Assembly (NCBI GenBank): GCA_031119395.1 | Contig: JAVHYA010000009.1 | Span: 27,098-91,097, forward strand | Reading direction: 5' to 3' | DNA length: 64,000 nt | DNA from: Pseudomonadota bacterium | Lineage (GTDB): Bacteria; Pseudomonadota; Gammaproteobacteria; Burkholderiales; Burkholderiaceae_C | Shown: one piece after another, positions 47,625-56,935 of the stretch | Position numbering within the stretch: the first letter of the stretch is position 1 | Layout of the letters: each line of letters begins with the position of its first letter | The notes under the pieces: generated by a model | Seen by the model: the letters and a program-made list of their open reading frames with translations, nothing else | Told to the model about the DNA's origin: nothing | Database searches by the model: none | Translations under genes and position numbers: made by a program

Positions 47625-48424
47625 GGGGCGGGTGGGGTCCGGAGCAGTTCGTCGACGACGAACATGATGTCGCGCGGCAGCGGCACGAGGTGCTGCCCAT
47701 TGTCGACGTTCACCGTGGTGCCGGTGAGGCTGGGGGTCTCTGCGAGGAAGACGCAGGTCTTCGCCACGTCGGCCGGATCGATCGGCCGGCGCAGCAGGTT
47801 GGCGCGGGCGGCGCGCTCGAAGTTGGCCTCGCCCTGCGGCCCGCTCACGTACAGGATGCCCGGCGCCACGCCGCACACCCGCACCCGTGGCGCCAGCGAC
47901 TGGGCCTGCAGCGCCACGGCCCGCTCCAGCGCCAGCTTGGACACGGTGTACGAGAAGTAGTCGGGGTTGAGGTTGTGGACCTTCTGGTCCAGCACGTGGA
48001 TCGCGCTGCATTCGTGCCGTCCGGGCTGCGCGCCCAGCAGCCGCGCGAAATCCAGCGGGGCGATCAGGTTGACGCCGATCTGCCGCAGCGCGGCGTCGGC
48101 CTCGAAGTCGGCGCCGGTGTCGGGCTCGAAGGACGAGGCGTTGTTGACCACGCAGGCCAGCGGCGCATCGGCCGTGACCTCGGCCATCAGCGCGCGGCGG
48201 CCGGCCTCGTGCGTGATGTCGCCCGCCACCGCTCGAACCGCCAGGCCCTCGGCACGCAGCCGCTCGGCCAGCGCCTGCGCCTGGCCGGCCGAGGCGCGGT
48301 ACTGGCACCACACCTGCCAGCCGGCGCGCGCGAAGGCCTCGCAGATCGCGGCGCCCAGGCGGCGCGCACCGCCCGTCACGAGGACGGCCGGGCGCAGGGC
48401 ATCGATGGCGGGCGTGGCGGGCAT
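47621..48424 (-). CDS. SDR oxidoreductase (FolM/pteridine reductase-like)
   Basis: VLVTGGARRLG (Arg in the Rossmann motif), VNNAS, YTVSK, VDNGQHL. Confidence 0.88.
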   Translation of the reverse strand: MPATPAIDALRPAVLVTGGARRLGAAICEAFARAGWQVWCQYRASAGQAQALAERLRAEGLAVRAVAGDITHEAGRRALMAEVTADAPLACVVNNASSFEPDTGADFEADAALRQIGVNLIAPLDFARLLGAQPGRHECSAIHVLDQKVHNLNPDYFSYTVSKLALERAVALQAQSLAPRVRVCGVAPGILYVSGPQGEANFERAARANLLRRPIDPADVAKTCVFLAETPSLTGTTVNVDNGQHLVPLPRDIMFVVDELLRTPPAP

Positions 48425-48461
48425 GGCAGGCAGGGGCTGGGGCGGTCTCGATAATGGCCGC

Positions 48462-49589
48462 ATGACCCAGGAGCCCGGCGCCTCGAGCGCCTCCCCCTCG
48501 GCCAGCCCCTCGGACCGGATGGCCCGGATTATCGACGCCGCCCTCGCGCGCGCCGGCGGCTGGCTGCCCTTCGACCAGTTCATGGCGCTGGCCCTGTACG
48601 CGCCCGGCGCCGGCTACTACGCGCACGGCAGCCGCAAGTTCGGCCGCATGCCCGCCTCGGGCAGCGACTTCGTGACGGCGCCCGAGCTCACGCCGCTCTT
48701 CGGCCAGACCGTGGCCGAGCAGGTGCGCGAAGCGCTGGCGCAGACCGGCACGCAGGAGGTCTGGGAGTTCGGGGCCGGCTCGGGCGCCCTCGCGGCGCAG
48801 TTGCTGCAAGCCCTGGGCGACGCGGTGCGGCGCTACACCATCGTCGACCTGTCGGGCAGCCTGCGCGCCCGCCAGCAGGAGGCCCTGGCCGCCTGGGGCG
48901 ACCGGGTGCGGTGGGTGGACCAGCTGCCCGAGCGCTTCGAGGGCGTGGTCGTCGGCAACGAGGTGCTCGACGCCATGCCGGTCAAGCTGCTGGTGCGCAA
49001 GGAGCGCCGCTGGAACGAGCGCGGCGTCTACCGCACGCCCGAGGGGCCGCTGGCCTGGATCGACTGGCCCACCGAGCTGCGCCCGCCGGTCGAGATCGAG
49101 AGCGACCACGACTACCTCACCGAGATCCATCCCCAGGCCAGGGCCTGGATCGGCACGCTGGCCGAACGGCTGCAGCGCGGCGCGGTCTTCCTCTTCGACT
49201 ATGGCTTCCCCGAAGCGGAGTACTACCACCCGCAGCGCCACATGGGCACCGTGATGTGCCACCAGGGCCACCGGGCCGACAGCGACCCGCTCGGCGCCGT
49301 GGGCGACAAGGACATCACCGCCCACGTCGACTTCACCGGCATCGCGCTGGCCGGGCAGGACGCCGGTCTGCACGTGCTGGGCTACACCAGCCAGGCGCGC
49401 TTTCTCATCAACACCGGTCTGCTATCGAAAATGGAGCAGTCCACGCCCGCCCAGCGGGCGCTGGCGGCCCATTTGATCCATGAACACGAGATGGGCGAGC
49501 TGTTCAAGGTGATCGGCTTCGCGGCCGCCGGCAGCGTGCCGTGGGACGCGCTGGGCTTTCGCGAAGGCGACCGCAGCCACACCCTTTGA
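48462..49589 (+). CDS. SAM-dependent methyltransferase (MidA/NDUFAF7 family)
   Basis: FDQFMALALYAPGAGYY, DFVTAPE, EFGAGSG, GNEVLDAMP, DYG, DITAHVDF, EMGELFKV. Confidence 0.93.
   Translation: MTQEPGASSASPSASPSDRMARIIDAALARAGGWLPFDQFMALALYAPGAGYYAHGSRKFGRMPASGSDFVTAPELTPLFGQTVAEQVREALAQTGTQEVWEFGAGSGALAAQLLQALGDAVRRYTIVDLSGSLRARQQEALAAWGDRVRWVDQLPERFEGVVVGNEVLDAMPVKLLVRKERRWNERGVYRTPEGPLAWIDWPTELRPPVEIESDHDYLTEIHPQARAWIGTLAERLQRGAVFLFDYGFPEAEYYHPQRHMGTVMCHQGHRADSDPLGAVGDKDITAHVDFTGIALAGQDAGLHVLGYTSQARFLINTGLLSKMEQSTPAQRALAAHLIHEHEMGELFKVIGFAAAGSVPWDALGFREGDRSHTL
49420..49484 (+). repeat. REP-like family A copy inside the MidA-type gene
   Basis: TGCTATCGAAAATGGAGCAGTCCACGCCCGCCCAGCGGGCGCTGGCGGCCCATTTGATCCATGAA. 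Confidence 0.75.
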
Positions 49590-49629
49590 GCACCTTGCGC
49601 CGCGCCCCTTTCTTGCTTCGATCCCTTCC

Positions 49630-50391
49630 ATGACCGACCTCCTTCGCACCGCCCACGCCCTCGCCGACGCCGCCGCCGCCCAGTCGCTGGCGCACTTCCG
49701 CCAGCCGCTGGACATCATCACCAAGGCCGACGAGAGCCCGGTCACGCTGGCCGACCGCGCCGCCGAGCAGGCCATGCGCGCGATCCTCGCGGCGCAGCTG
49801 CCCGGCGACGGCATCTACGGCGAGGAACACGGCCAGGAGCGGCTCGACGCCGCGCGCGTGTGGGTGCTCGACCCCATCGACGGCACGCGCAGCTTCATCA
49901 CCGGCTCGCCGCTGTGGGGCACGCTCATCGGCGTGATGGAAGGTGGGCGCGTCGTGCTCGGCCTGGTCGACATGCCGGTGCTGGGCGAGCGCTGGATCGG
50001 CCAGGGCGGCGTGGCGATGCGCAACGGCCAGCCGGTGCGCGTGCGCGACTGCACGCAACTGGCCGAGGCGCGCATCTTCACCACCTCGCCCGACATCTTC
50101 GGCGCCGCCGACTGGGCCGCCTTCGACCGCCTGAGCCGCCAGTGCGCCATGCGCCGCTTCGGCGGCGACTGCTACAGCTACGCGCAACTGGCCGGCGGCA
50201 GCATCGACCTCGTGGTCGAGAGCGGGCTGCAGCCCTACGACTACCTGGGCCCGGCCGGCCTGATCGAAGCCGCGGGCGGCGTCATCACCGACTGGGCCGG
50301 CCAGCCGCTGGGGCTCTCGTCCGACGGCCGCGTGGTCGCTGCCGCAACGCCGGAACTGCACCGGCAAGCCCTCTCGGTGCTTGCCGGCTGA
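49630..50391 (+). CDS. Inositol monophosphatase family protein (HisN-like)
   Basis: PVTLADR, GEE, WVLDPIDGTRSF, GDCYSY, YD. Confidence 0.9.
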   Translation: MTDLLRTAHALADAAAAQSLAHFRQPLDIITKADESPVTLADRAAEQAMRAILAAQLPGDGIYGEEHGQERLDAARVWVLDPIDGTRSFITGSPLWGTLIGVMEGGRVVLGLVDMPVLGERWIGQGGVAMRNGQPVRVRDCTQLAEARIFTTSPDIFGAADWAAFDRLSRQCAMRRFGGDCYSYAQLAGGSIDLVVESGLQPYDYLGPAGLIEAAGGVITDWAGQPLGLSSDGRVVAAATPELHRQALSVLAG

Positions 50392-50426
50392 CACGGCGGC
50401 GCCGCGGCCCACCCTAAACTGGTCGC

Positions 50427-50621
50427 ATGCTCCGCTGGCTCATCGTCGTCGTCCTCGCGCTCGTGCTCATGAGCGGGCTCACGGCGTGGTTGCGGCGCTT
50501 CGGTTTCGGTCGCCTGCCGGGCGACTTCGAGTTCCGCGCCTTCGGGCGCGAATGGCAACTGCCCATCGCGAGCACGCTGGTGCTCAGCATGATCGCCGCG
50601 GCGATCGCGCGGTGGATCTGA
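50427..50621 (+). CDS. Small membrane protein (DUF2905-like)
   Basis: FGRLPGDF and LPIASTLVLS; two TM segments. Confidence 0.85.
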   Translation: MLRWLIVVVLALVLMSGLTAWLRRFGFGRLPGDFEFRAFGREWQLPIASTLVLSMIAAAIARWI

Positions 50622-50676
50622 GAAGGTGTGAACGAACCCGCCATGCCCGCTCGTTCTGCCACAACACGCCCACTCA

Positions 50677-50727
50677 GCGTTGCAAATGCTCGCCATGGCC
50701 CGGGCTATGGCTGCGCTTTGCGCCTTG
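50677..50727. repeat. Structured palindromic repeat, family B
   Basis: GCGTTGCAAATGCTCGCC-ATGGCCCGGGCTAT-GGCTGCGCTTTGCGCCTTG, flanked by AACACGCCC/GGGCGCGTT arms. Confidence 0.7.
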
Positions 50728-50801
50728 ATCGGGCGCGTTCCCGCAGCCCGCTCGGCCATGTCGGATTCATTCACACCTTCTGAACGGAACACTCCCCCAC
50801 G

Positions 50802-51734
50802 ATGAAAGCCTGCGTCGACATCGGCGGCACCAAGGTGGCCGTGAGCCTGGCCGAGGACGGCCGCCAGGAATTGCTCGCGCGCCAGCACGCGCCCACCGCG
50901 AAGGAGGGTTCCAACGACGCCGTCGCGCAGCAGGTGATGCGGCTCATCGATGCCGCCTGTGCCGAGCACGGCATCTCGCCCGATGCCATCGACGGCGTGG
51001 GCGTGTCGGCGGCCGGCCCCTTCATCCTCGATGCCGGCGGCGCCGTCGAACTGGCCACGCCCAACATCTGCGGCGGCCTCGCCGGCCCCGCGCGCGGCCT
51101 GCCCAACGACTGGACCAGCGCCGTCATCGAGGCGCCGCTGGCCGCGCGATTCGGCAAGGTGCGGGTCGAGAACGACGCCGTCGCCGCGCTGGAGGCCGAG
51201 CGCCGCTGGGGCGCCCTGAAAGGGCTCGATCACTGCGCCTATGTGACCTGGAGCACCGGCGTGGGCGTGGGCCTGTGCGTCGACGGCCATTCGCTGCGCG
51301 GCAAGAAGGGCAACGCCGGCCATGCAGGCCACACCTTCGTGGCCGACGACGACAACCACGACGCGCTGTGCGGCTGCGGCAACGTGGGCGACGTCGAGGG
51401 CCTGGTGGCGGGCAACGCCATCGCGCGCCGCTTCGGCCTGGATGCCGCCCAGCTCTTCGCCGGCGTGGAGGCGGGCGACAAGCGCGCGCTCGACATCGCC
51501 GAGGGCCTGTGCCGGGTGATGGGCCGGCTGCTCTACAACCTCATCGTCACGCTCGACCTCGAGCGCGTCGCCCTGGGCGGCAGCGTGTTCTGGCACAACC
51601 GCGAATGGCTGCTGCCGCGCCTGTCGGCGCAGGTGAATGGCAAGCTGCCGGCGCTCACCGACGGCGTGCAGATCGTCGGCGCGGGCCTGGCCGACAAGGT
51701 GGGCGACTACGCAGCGCTGGCGCTGGTCGACTGA
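50802..51734 (+). CDS. ROK family sugar kinase-like protein
   Basis: VDIGGTK, VENDAVAA, STGVGVG, AGHAGH, CGCGNVGDVE, LGGSV. Confidence 0.92.
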   Translation: MKACVDIGGTKVAVSLAEDGRQELLARQHAPTAKEGSNDAVAQQVMRLIDAACAEHGISPDAIDGVGVSAAGPFILDAGGAVELATPNICGGLAGPARGLPNDWTSAVIEAPLAARFGKVRVENDAVAALEAERRWGALKGLDHCAYVTWSTGVGVGLCVDGHSLRGKKGNAGHAGHTFVADDDNHDALCGCGNVGDVEGLVAGNAIARRFGLDAAQLFAGVEAGDKRALDIAEGLCRVMGRLLYNLIVTLDLERVALGGSVFWHNREWLLPRLSAQVNGKLPALTDGVQIVGAGLADKVGDYAALALVD

Positions 51735-53248
51735 TCTGCTATTGAATTCGTAGCGCTTCGCGCAAGCGGGGCGGGCGTTGCAGCCCGATTCGGCTCCGAA
51801 ACCGGGGTGCGCGCCGCCACTGCCGACGCGATCTCCCCGAGTCGCCGCAGCCCCGCCTCGATGGCCGGCGACCAGGGCCAGCCGCAGTTGATGCGCAGGC
51901 AGTGGTCGAAGCGCGCCGAGTTCGAGAACAGCGTGCCCGGCGCGAACAGGATGTGCTCGCGCAGCGCGGCGTCGAACACCGGCACCGAGGACAGCCGCTC
52001 GGGCAGCTCCACCCACAGCTGAAGCCCGCCCGGCGGCAGGTTGAGGCGCGTGCCGGCCGGAAAGTGCTGGGCGATGGCGTCGGCCGTGCGTTCGCGCTGC
52101 ACGCGCAGCCGGTCGCGCAGCTGGCGCAGGTGCCGGTCGTAGGCCCCGGTGGCCATGAACTGGCCCGCCGCCCACTGCGAGAGTTCCTCGTTGCTGCGCG
52201 TCTGTGCGTACTTGAGCATCTCCACCCGTGCGTGCCAGCGGCCGGCCGTGATCCAGCCCAGCCGCAGCCCCGGCGCCAGCACCTTGTGCAGCGAGGCGCA
52301 GTGGATCACGTGGCCGCCGCGGTCGAAGGCCTTGATCGCGCGCGGCGGCACCGGGGCGTCGAGCAGCTCGGTGTACGTGTCGTCCTCGATGAGCGGGATG
52401 CCGTGCCGTTCGCACAGGCGCACCAGCCGCTCCTTGTGCGCGTCGGGCATCACGCTGCCCAGCGGGTTCTGCAGGTGCGGCACCACGATGACCGCCTTGA
52501 TGTTGCCGTAGGCGCCGATCGCCATCTCCAGCGCCTCCACCGACAGGCCGGTCTGCGGGCTGGTGGGGATCTCCAGCGCGCGCATGCCCAGGCTCTCCAG
52601 CACCTGCAGCAGGCCGTAGAAGGTGGGCGATTCCACCGCCACCGTGTCGCCCGGCTGCGCCACCGCGCGCAGCGCGAGGTTCAGCGCCTCGATGCAGCCG
52701 TTGGTGGGCAGCACCTCGTCGGGCGAGAGGGTCATGCCGGCCTGCAGCGCCCGCTTGGCCACCGCTTCGCGAAAGGGCGTGCGGCTGCGCGAGGGCGCGG
52801 CGGTGGTCAGCATCTCCGGCCGCTGGCGCAAAAGGCGCGCCATCGCGGCGCGCAGCGCCTCGCCGGGGTACAGCGCGGGGGCGCCGCGGGCGATCGACAG
52901 GTCCAGCCGCACCTCGCCGTAGCGCCGGCGCATGACGAAGTCCGACACCTTCTCGTGGATGCCGACGAACTGCGCCGGGTCGGGCGCGCGGTCGGTGGCC
53001 GGCTCGTCCATCGGCGGCGTCGCCAGGCGGCGCGGGCGGCGCACGAAGTAGCCCGATCGGTCGCGCGCCTCGGCCCAGCCCTCGCTCTCGAGCGTGCGGC
53101 ACAGCTGCAAGGCGGTCGACAGGCTCACGCCGTGGCGCTTCATCAGATCGCGCAGCGAGGGCAGGCGGTCGCCGGGCTGCAGCGATCCGGCGCGGATCGC
53201 ATCGAGGTAGTGCTGGGCCAGCTGGCGGTAGCGCGGGGGCGTGTCCAT
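51707..53248 (-). CDS. MocR/GntR-family PLP-dependent transcriptional regulator
   Basis: GDRLPSLR, GVSLST, GYFV; TNGCIEA, VESPTFY, QNPLG, IEDDTY, SLHKVLAPGLRLGW. Alternative start at 53293. Confidence 0.93.
   Translation of the reverse strand: MDTPPRYRQLAQHYLDAIRAGSLQPGDRLPSLRDLMKRHGVSLSTALQLCRTLESEGWAEARDRSGYFVRRPRRLATPPMDEPATDRAPDPAQFVGIHEKVSDFVMRRRYGEVRLDLSIARGAPALYPGEALRAAMARLLRQRPEMLTTAAPSRSRTPFREAVAKRALQAGMTLSPDEVLPTNGCIEALNLALRAVAQPGDTVAVESPTFYGLLQVLESLGMRALEIPTSPQTGLSVEALEMAIGAYGNIKAVIVVPHLQNPLGSVMPDAHKERLVRLCERHGIPLIEDDTYTELLDAPVPPRAIKAFDRGGHVIHCASLHKVLAPGLRLGWITAGRWHARVEMLKYAQTRSNEELSQWAAGQFMATGAYDRHLRQLRDRLRVQRERTADAIAQHFPAGTRLNLPPGGLQLWVELPERLSSVPVFDAALREHILFAPGTLFSNSARFDHCLRINCGWPWSPAIEAGLRRLGEIASAVAARTPVSEPNRAATPAPLARSATNSIADQSTSASAA
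51737..51801 (+). repeat. REP-like family A copy read antisense as the MocR C-terminal tail
   Basis: TGCTATTGAATTCGTAGCGCTTCGCGCAAGCGGGGCGGGCGTTGCAGCCCGATTCGGCTCCGAAA. Confidence 0.8.
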
Positions 53249-53464
53249 GGGGTTGTCCGTGTGCGCCGGGGGCTGGGCGGCGCCTGTGTCCATCGTGCGC
53301 CGCACCGGCGTGCGGCAACAGATGCAGATCGGGCCGAAACGACCATAACAGATGGTCCCGGCGGCCGGCTGCTGCGGTGCAGAAAGGGGGGCCATGTGCC
53401 TGTTTCCGGAAGGCGCGGATTTCTACGATGACCTCACCTCCCACCCCCGCCGAAAGAAGCTGCC

Positions 53465-53788
53465 ATGCACTGCCAGACCTCCTCCTGCGACACCGCCCGG
53501 CTGGCACCGGGCCAGAGCCTGCACATCGCCGTCGATGCCGGCACCGCCTTCGTCGTGACCGCGGGCCGCCTGCGCATCGACGAGGCCCCGCGCTGGATCG
53601 CCGACATCTGCGTGCCCGTGGGCCGCACGCTCGACGAGGGCGCCCACCATGTGGTCGACCGCGCGGGCTGGGTCACGCTGAGCGCGCTCGGCGCCCCGGT
53701 GCAGTGGCGCCGGTGGGCGGCCCCGGCGCCCGCGGCGCCCAACCGCTGGCGCGCCTGGGCCGGGGCCCGGCGCAGCGCCGGCGCCTGA
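53465..53788 (+). CDS. Small protein (DUF2917-like), divergent from the MocR gene
   Basis: RLAPGQSL...VTAGRLRI cupin-like pattern; usual partner of MocR genes. Confidence 0.7.
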   Translation: MHCQTSSCDTARLAPGQSLHIAVDAGTAFVVTAGRLRIDEAPRWIADICVPVGRTLDEGAHHVVDRAGWVTLSALGAPVQWRRWAAPAPAAPNRWRAWAGARRSAGA

Positions 53789-53798
53789 AGACCGCGGC

Positions 53799-53840
53799 TT
53801 GCGCTGCATCAAGGCCGGCCCGGCACCGCCGGCCCAGACT
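53799..53840 (+). promoter_or_regulatory. Candidate FNR-type class II promoter for usp-adh
   Basis: TTGCG-CTGC-ATCAA (53799-53812) with -10-like CAGACT (53835-53840) at class II spacing. Confidence 0.5.
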
Positions 53841-53869
53841 GGGGACTCCATCCCACACCGGAGTTCACC

Positions 53870-54397
53870 ATGTACCAGCGCATCCTTGTCCCCGTGGACG
53901 GCAGCGAAACCTCCAACCGTGGCCTCGACGAAGCCTTGCGGCTCGCGGCCGTCGTCGGCGGGCGTGTCCGCGTGCTGCACGCGATCGACGAACTGTCCTT
54001 CGCGCTGGCCATGGACGCGTACGCCGGCAACCCCGGCGGCTGGCTGGACACGCTGCGCGAGCAGGGCGCGCAACTGCTCGCGCGTGCCGCCTTGCAGGCC
54101 GCCCAGGCCGGCGTGCAGGTCGACACGGTGCTGCGCGACGAATTCCGCAGCCCGGTGCACCAGGTCGTCAACGACGAGGCGCGCGACTGGGGGGCCGAGC
54201 TGATCGTGCTGGGCACGCACGGGCGCCGGGGCCTGGGCCGGCTGGTGATGGGCAGCAGCGCCGAGCAGATCCTGCGCACGGCGCGCGTGCCGGTGCTGCT
54301 GGTGCGCTCCGCCGAGGAGGCGCAACCCGTCAAGGCGCCGGCCGTCGAGGAGCGCATCGTGATCCACCAGCCCACGGGCGCCCTGGCCTTCGAGTGA
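53870..54397 (+). CDS. Universal stress protein
   Basis: YQRILVPVDGS, LIVLGTHGRRG, GSSAEQI, VPVLLVR. Confidence 0.95.
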   Translation: MYQRILVPVDGSETSNRGLDEALRLAAVVGGRVRVLHAIDELSFALAMDAYAGNPGGWLDTLREQGAQLLARAALQAAQAGVQVDTVLRDEFRSPVHQVVNDEARDWGAELIVLGTHGRRGLGRLVMGSSAEQILRTARVPVLLVRSAEEAQPVKAPAVEERIVIHQPTGALAFE

Positions 54398-54401
54398 CGC
54401 G

Positions 54402-55427
54402 ATGCCGACGATGAAAGCCGCCGTGGTGCGTGCCTTCGGGCAGCCACTGCACATCGAGGAGGTGCCGGTGCCGCAGGTGCAGCCCGGACAGGTGCTGGTC
54501 AAGGTCGCGGCCTCGGGCGTGTGCCACACCGACCTGCATGCGGCCGACGGCGACTGGCCGGTCAAGCCGCACCTGCCCTTCATCCCGGGGCACGAGGGCG
54601 TGGGCCACGTCGCCGCCGTCGGTGCGGGCGTGAAGCACATCCGCGAGGGCGACCGCGTGGGCGTGCCGTGGCTGCACACCTCCTGCGGCCATTGCGAGCA
54701 TTGCCTGACCGGCTGGGAGACGCTGTGCGACGAACAGCAGATGACCGGCTACACCGTGGACGGCGCCTACGCCGACTACGTGCTCGCCGACCCGGGCTAC
54801 GTGGGCCACCTGCCGCCCAGGCTCGGCTTCGTCGAGGTGGCGCCCATCCTGTGCGCGGGCGTCACCGTCTACAAGGGGTTGAAGGTGCTCGACTGCAAGC
54901 CCGGCGACTGGGTCGCGGTGTCGGGGGTCGGCGGCCTGGGTCACCTCGCCATCCAATACGCCCGCGCCATGGGCCTGCACGTGGCCGCGGTCGACATCGA
55001 CGACGCCAAGCTCGCGCTGGCACGCCGCGTGGGCGCCGAGCTGGTCGTCAACGCCGCGCAATGCGATCCGGCGGCGGAGCTGCAGCGCAGCCTGCGCGGC
55101 GCCCAGGGCGTGCTGGTGACGGCGGTGTCGCGCCAGGCCTTCGCGCAGGCGCTGGGCATGCTGCACAAGCGGGGCACCATGTCCATGGTCGGGCTGCCGC
55201 CGGGCGACTTCGCGCTGCCCATCTTCGACATGGTGCTCAATGCCAAGACCGTGCGCGGTTCCATCGTCGGCACGCGGCAGGACCTGCAGGAGGCGCTGGA
55301 CTTCGCGGCCGAGGGCAAGGTCCATACGGTCTGCACGCCGGGCCGGCTGGAGGACGTCAACGACATCCTGGGCCGCCTGCGCCGCGGGGAGGTCGACGGC
55401 CGGGTGGTGCTGCAGATGGAAGGATGA
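54402..55427 (+). CDS. adhP: Zn-dependent alcohol dehydrogenase (AdhP-like)
   Basis: GVCHTD, GHEGVG, CGHCEHC...C, CAGVTVYKGL, GVGGLGH. Confidence 0.92.
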   Translation: MPTMKAAVVRAFGQPLHIEEVPVPQVQPGQVLVKVAASGVCHTDLHAADGDWPVKPHLPFIPGHEGVGHVAAVGAGVKHIREGDRVGVPWLHTSCGHCEHCLTGWETLCDEQQMTGYTVDGAYADYVLADPGYVGHLPPRLGFVEVAPILCAGVTVYKGLKVLDCKPGDWVAVSGVGGLGHLAIQYARAMGLHVAAVDIDDAKLALARRVGAELVVNAAQCDPAAELQRSLRGAQGVLVTAVSRQAFAQALGMLHKRGTMSMVGLPPGDFALPIFDMVLNAKTVRGSIVGTRQDLQEALDFAAEGKVHTVCTPGRLEDVNDILGRLRRGEVDGRVVLQMEG

Positions 55428-55553
55428 GCCCGAGCCCACAGGGCACCGGACGCTCCAGGTCCCGCAAGTAGGTGAGCGCATGCTCCCCCGCGCGGAGGAC
55501 GACCGGCGCCCCTCGCAGGCCTACGCTGGAATCCCCACCACGAGGAGACCGCC

Positions 55554-56918
55554 ATGCCGATCAAGCTCACGCAACCCTTCGACGACACCGTCATCAGCAC
55601 GCAGGAAAAAAGCTTTCTGCGCAACCTCCAGGCCAACATCCTCAAGGGCCACGGCCGTGAGCACGTCGCGCTGCTGTTCCTCGAAGTGACCGATGCGCCC
55701 AAGGCGCGCGCCTTCCTGCATGCATTCCCGGTCACCGACGCGCACACGCAGCTGCAGGACGCCCTGCAGTTCAAGGCCACGCGCTCGCCGGGCGGGGTGG
55801 TGCGGCTGGCGTTCCTGAGCCAGCGAGGCCTCGCCAAGTTCGGTCGCCAGGGGGCATTCCAGGGATTCGGCGCCTTCGCCGGCGGCATGGCGGCCGACAC
55901 CCAGGTCCTGGACGACGGCACCACGGCGAGCTGGCAGGACGAGCTCAAGCGGCCGCTGGACGTGCTGCTGCTGGTGGCCTACCACCATGAAGCCGATTTC
56001 GCGCGCATCGTCGGCAAGCTCGCGGCCGACCTGGGCGACGAGGACAGCGGCTTCGCCATCCGCTTCGTCCAGGAGGGCCGCGCCTACAAGAATGCCGACG
56101 GCGAGGGCATCGAGCATTTCGGCTACGTCGACGGACGCTCGCAGCCGCTGATGCTGCAGAGCGAGCTGGCGAAGGAGCCGCGCACGGTCTACGACCCGGC
56201 GGCACCGCTGTCGCAGTTCCTCGTGCCCGATCCGCTCGACCCGCCCGGTGCGTCCAGCCACGGCAGCTTCTTCGTCTTTCGCAAGCTCGAGCAGGACGTC
56301 GCGGGCTTCAAGCAGGCCGAGGAGGCCTTGGCCGCGGATGTCGGCATGACCGGCGCCGACGAAGAGCGCGCCGGCGCGCAGGTCGTCGGCCGCTTCGAGG
56401 ACGGCACGCCGCTCACGCTGCACCAGGCCGCAGCGGGCGTGCCGGTGGCCAACGATTTCGACTATTCGGCCGACGCCGCCGGCGGCAAGTGCCCCTTCCA
56501 TGCCCACATCCGCAAGACCAACCCGCGCGGCTCGAGCCCCGGCGGCCTGGCCTTCGACAAGGGCGTGCAGATGGCGCGGCGCGGCATCACCTACGGCGTG
56601 CGCCTGCAGGACCCGGACACCAAGGAACTCGTGGACCAGCCCAACGACGGCGTGGGCCTGCTCTTCATGAGCTACCAGGCGTCGATCGAGAACCAGTTCC
56701 GCTTCATGCAGACCGTCTGGGCCAACAACGAGAACTTTCCCAAGGCCGGCATCGGGATGGACCCGATCATCGGTCAGCGGGGCACGCTCGGGCAGCACTG
56801 GCCGCCGATCTACGACTCGACGGCCGGCGCCATCCAGAAGCTGTTCGCCGGCTTCGTCACGCTCAAGGGCGGCGAGTACTTCTTCGCGCCCTCGATCGCC
56901 GGCCTGCGCAACCTCTGA
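55554..56918 (+). CDS. Dye-decolorizing (DyP-type) peroxidase
   Basis: EHFGYVDGRSQP (GxxDG), FVFRKLEQD, HAHIRKTNPR, ARRGITYG, GGEYFFAPS. Confidence 0.92.
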   Translation: MPIKLTQPFDDTVISTQEKSFLRNLQANILKGHGREHVALLFLEVTDAPKARAFLHAFPVTDAHTQLQDALQFKATRSPGGVVRLAFLSQRGLAKFGRQGAFQGFGAFAGGMAADTQVLDDGTTASWQDELKRPLDVLLLVAYHHEADFARIVGKLAADLGDEDSGFAIRFVQEGRAYKNADGEGIEHFGYVDGRSQPLMLQSELAKEPRTVYDPAAPLSQFLVPDPLDPPGASSHGSFFVFRKLEQDVAGFKQAEEALAADVGMTGADEERAGAQVVGRFEDGTPLTLHQAAAGVPVANDFDYSADAAGGKCPFHAHIRKTNPRGSSPGGLAFDKGVQMARRGITYGVRLQDPDTKELVDQPNDGVGLLFMSYQASIENQFRFMQTVWANNENFPKAGIGMDPIIGQRGTLGQHWPPIYDSTAGAIQKLFAGFVTLKGGEYFFAPSIAGLRNL

Positions 56919-56935
56919 GCGGCGCGCGGGGCGCT

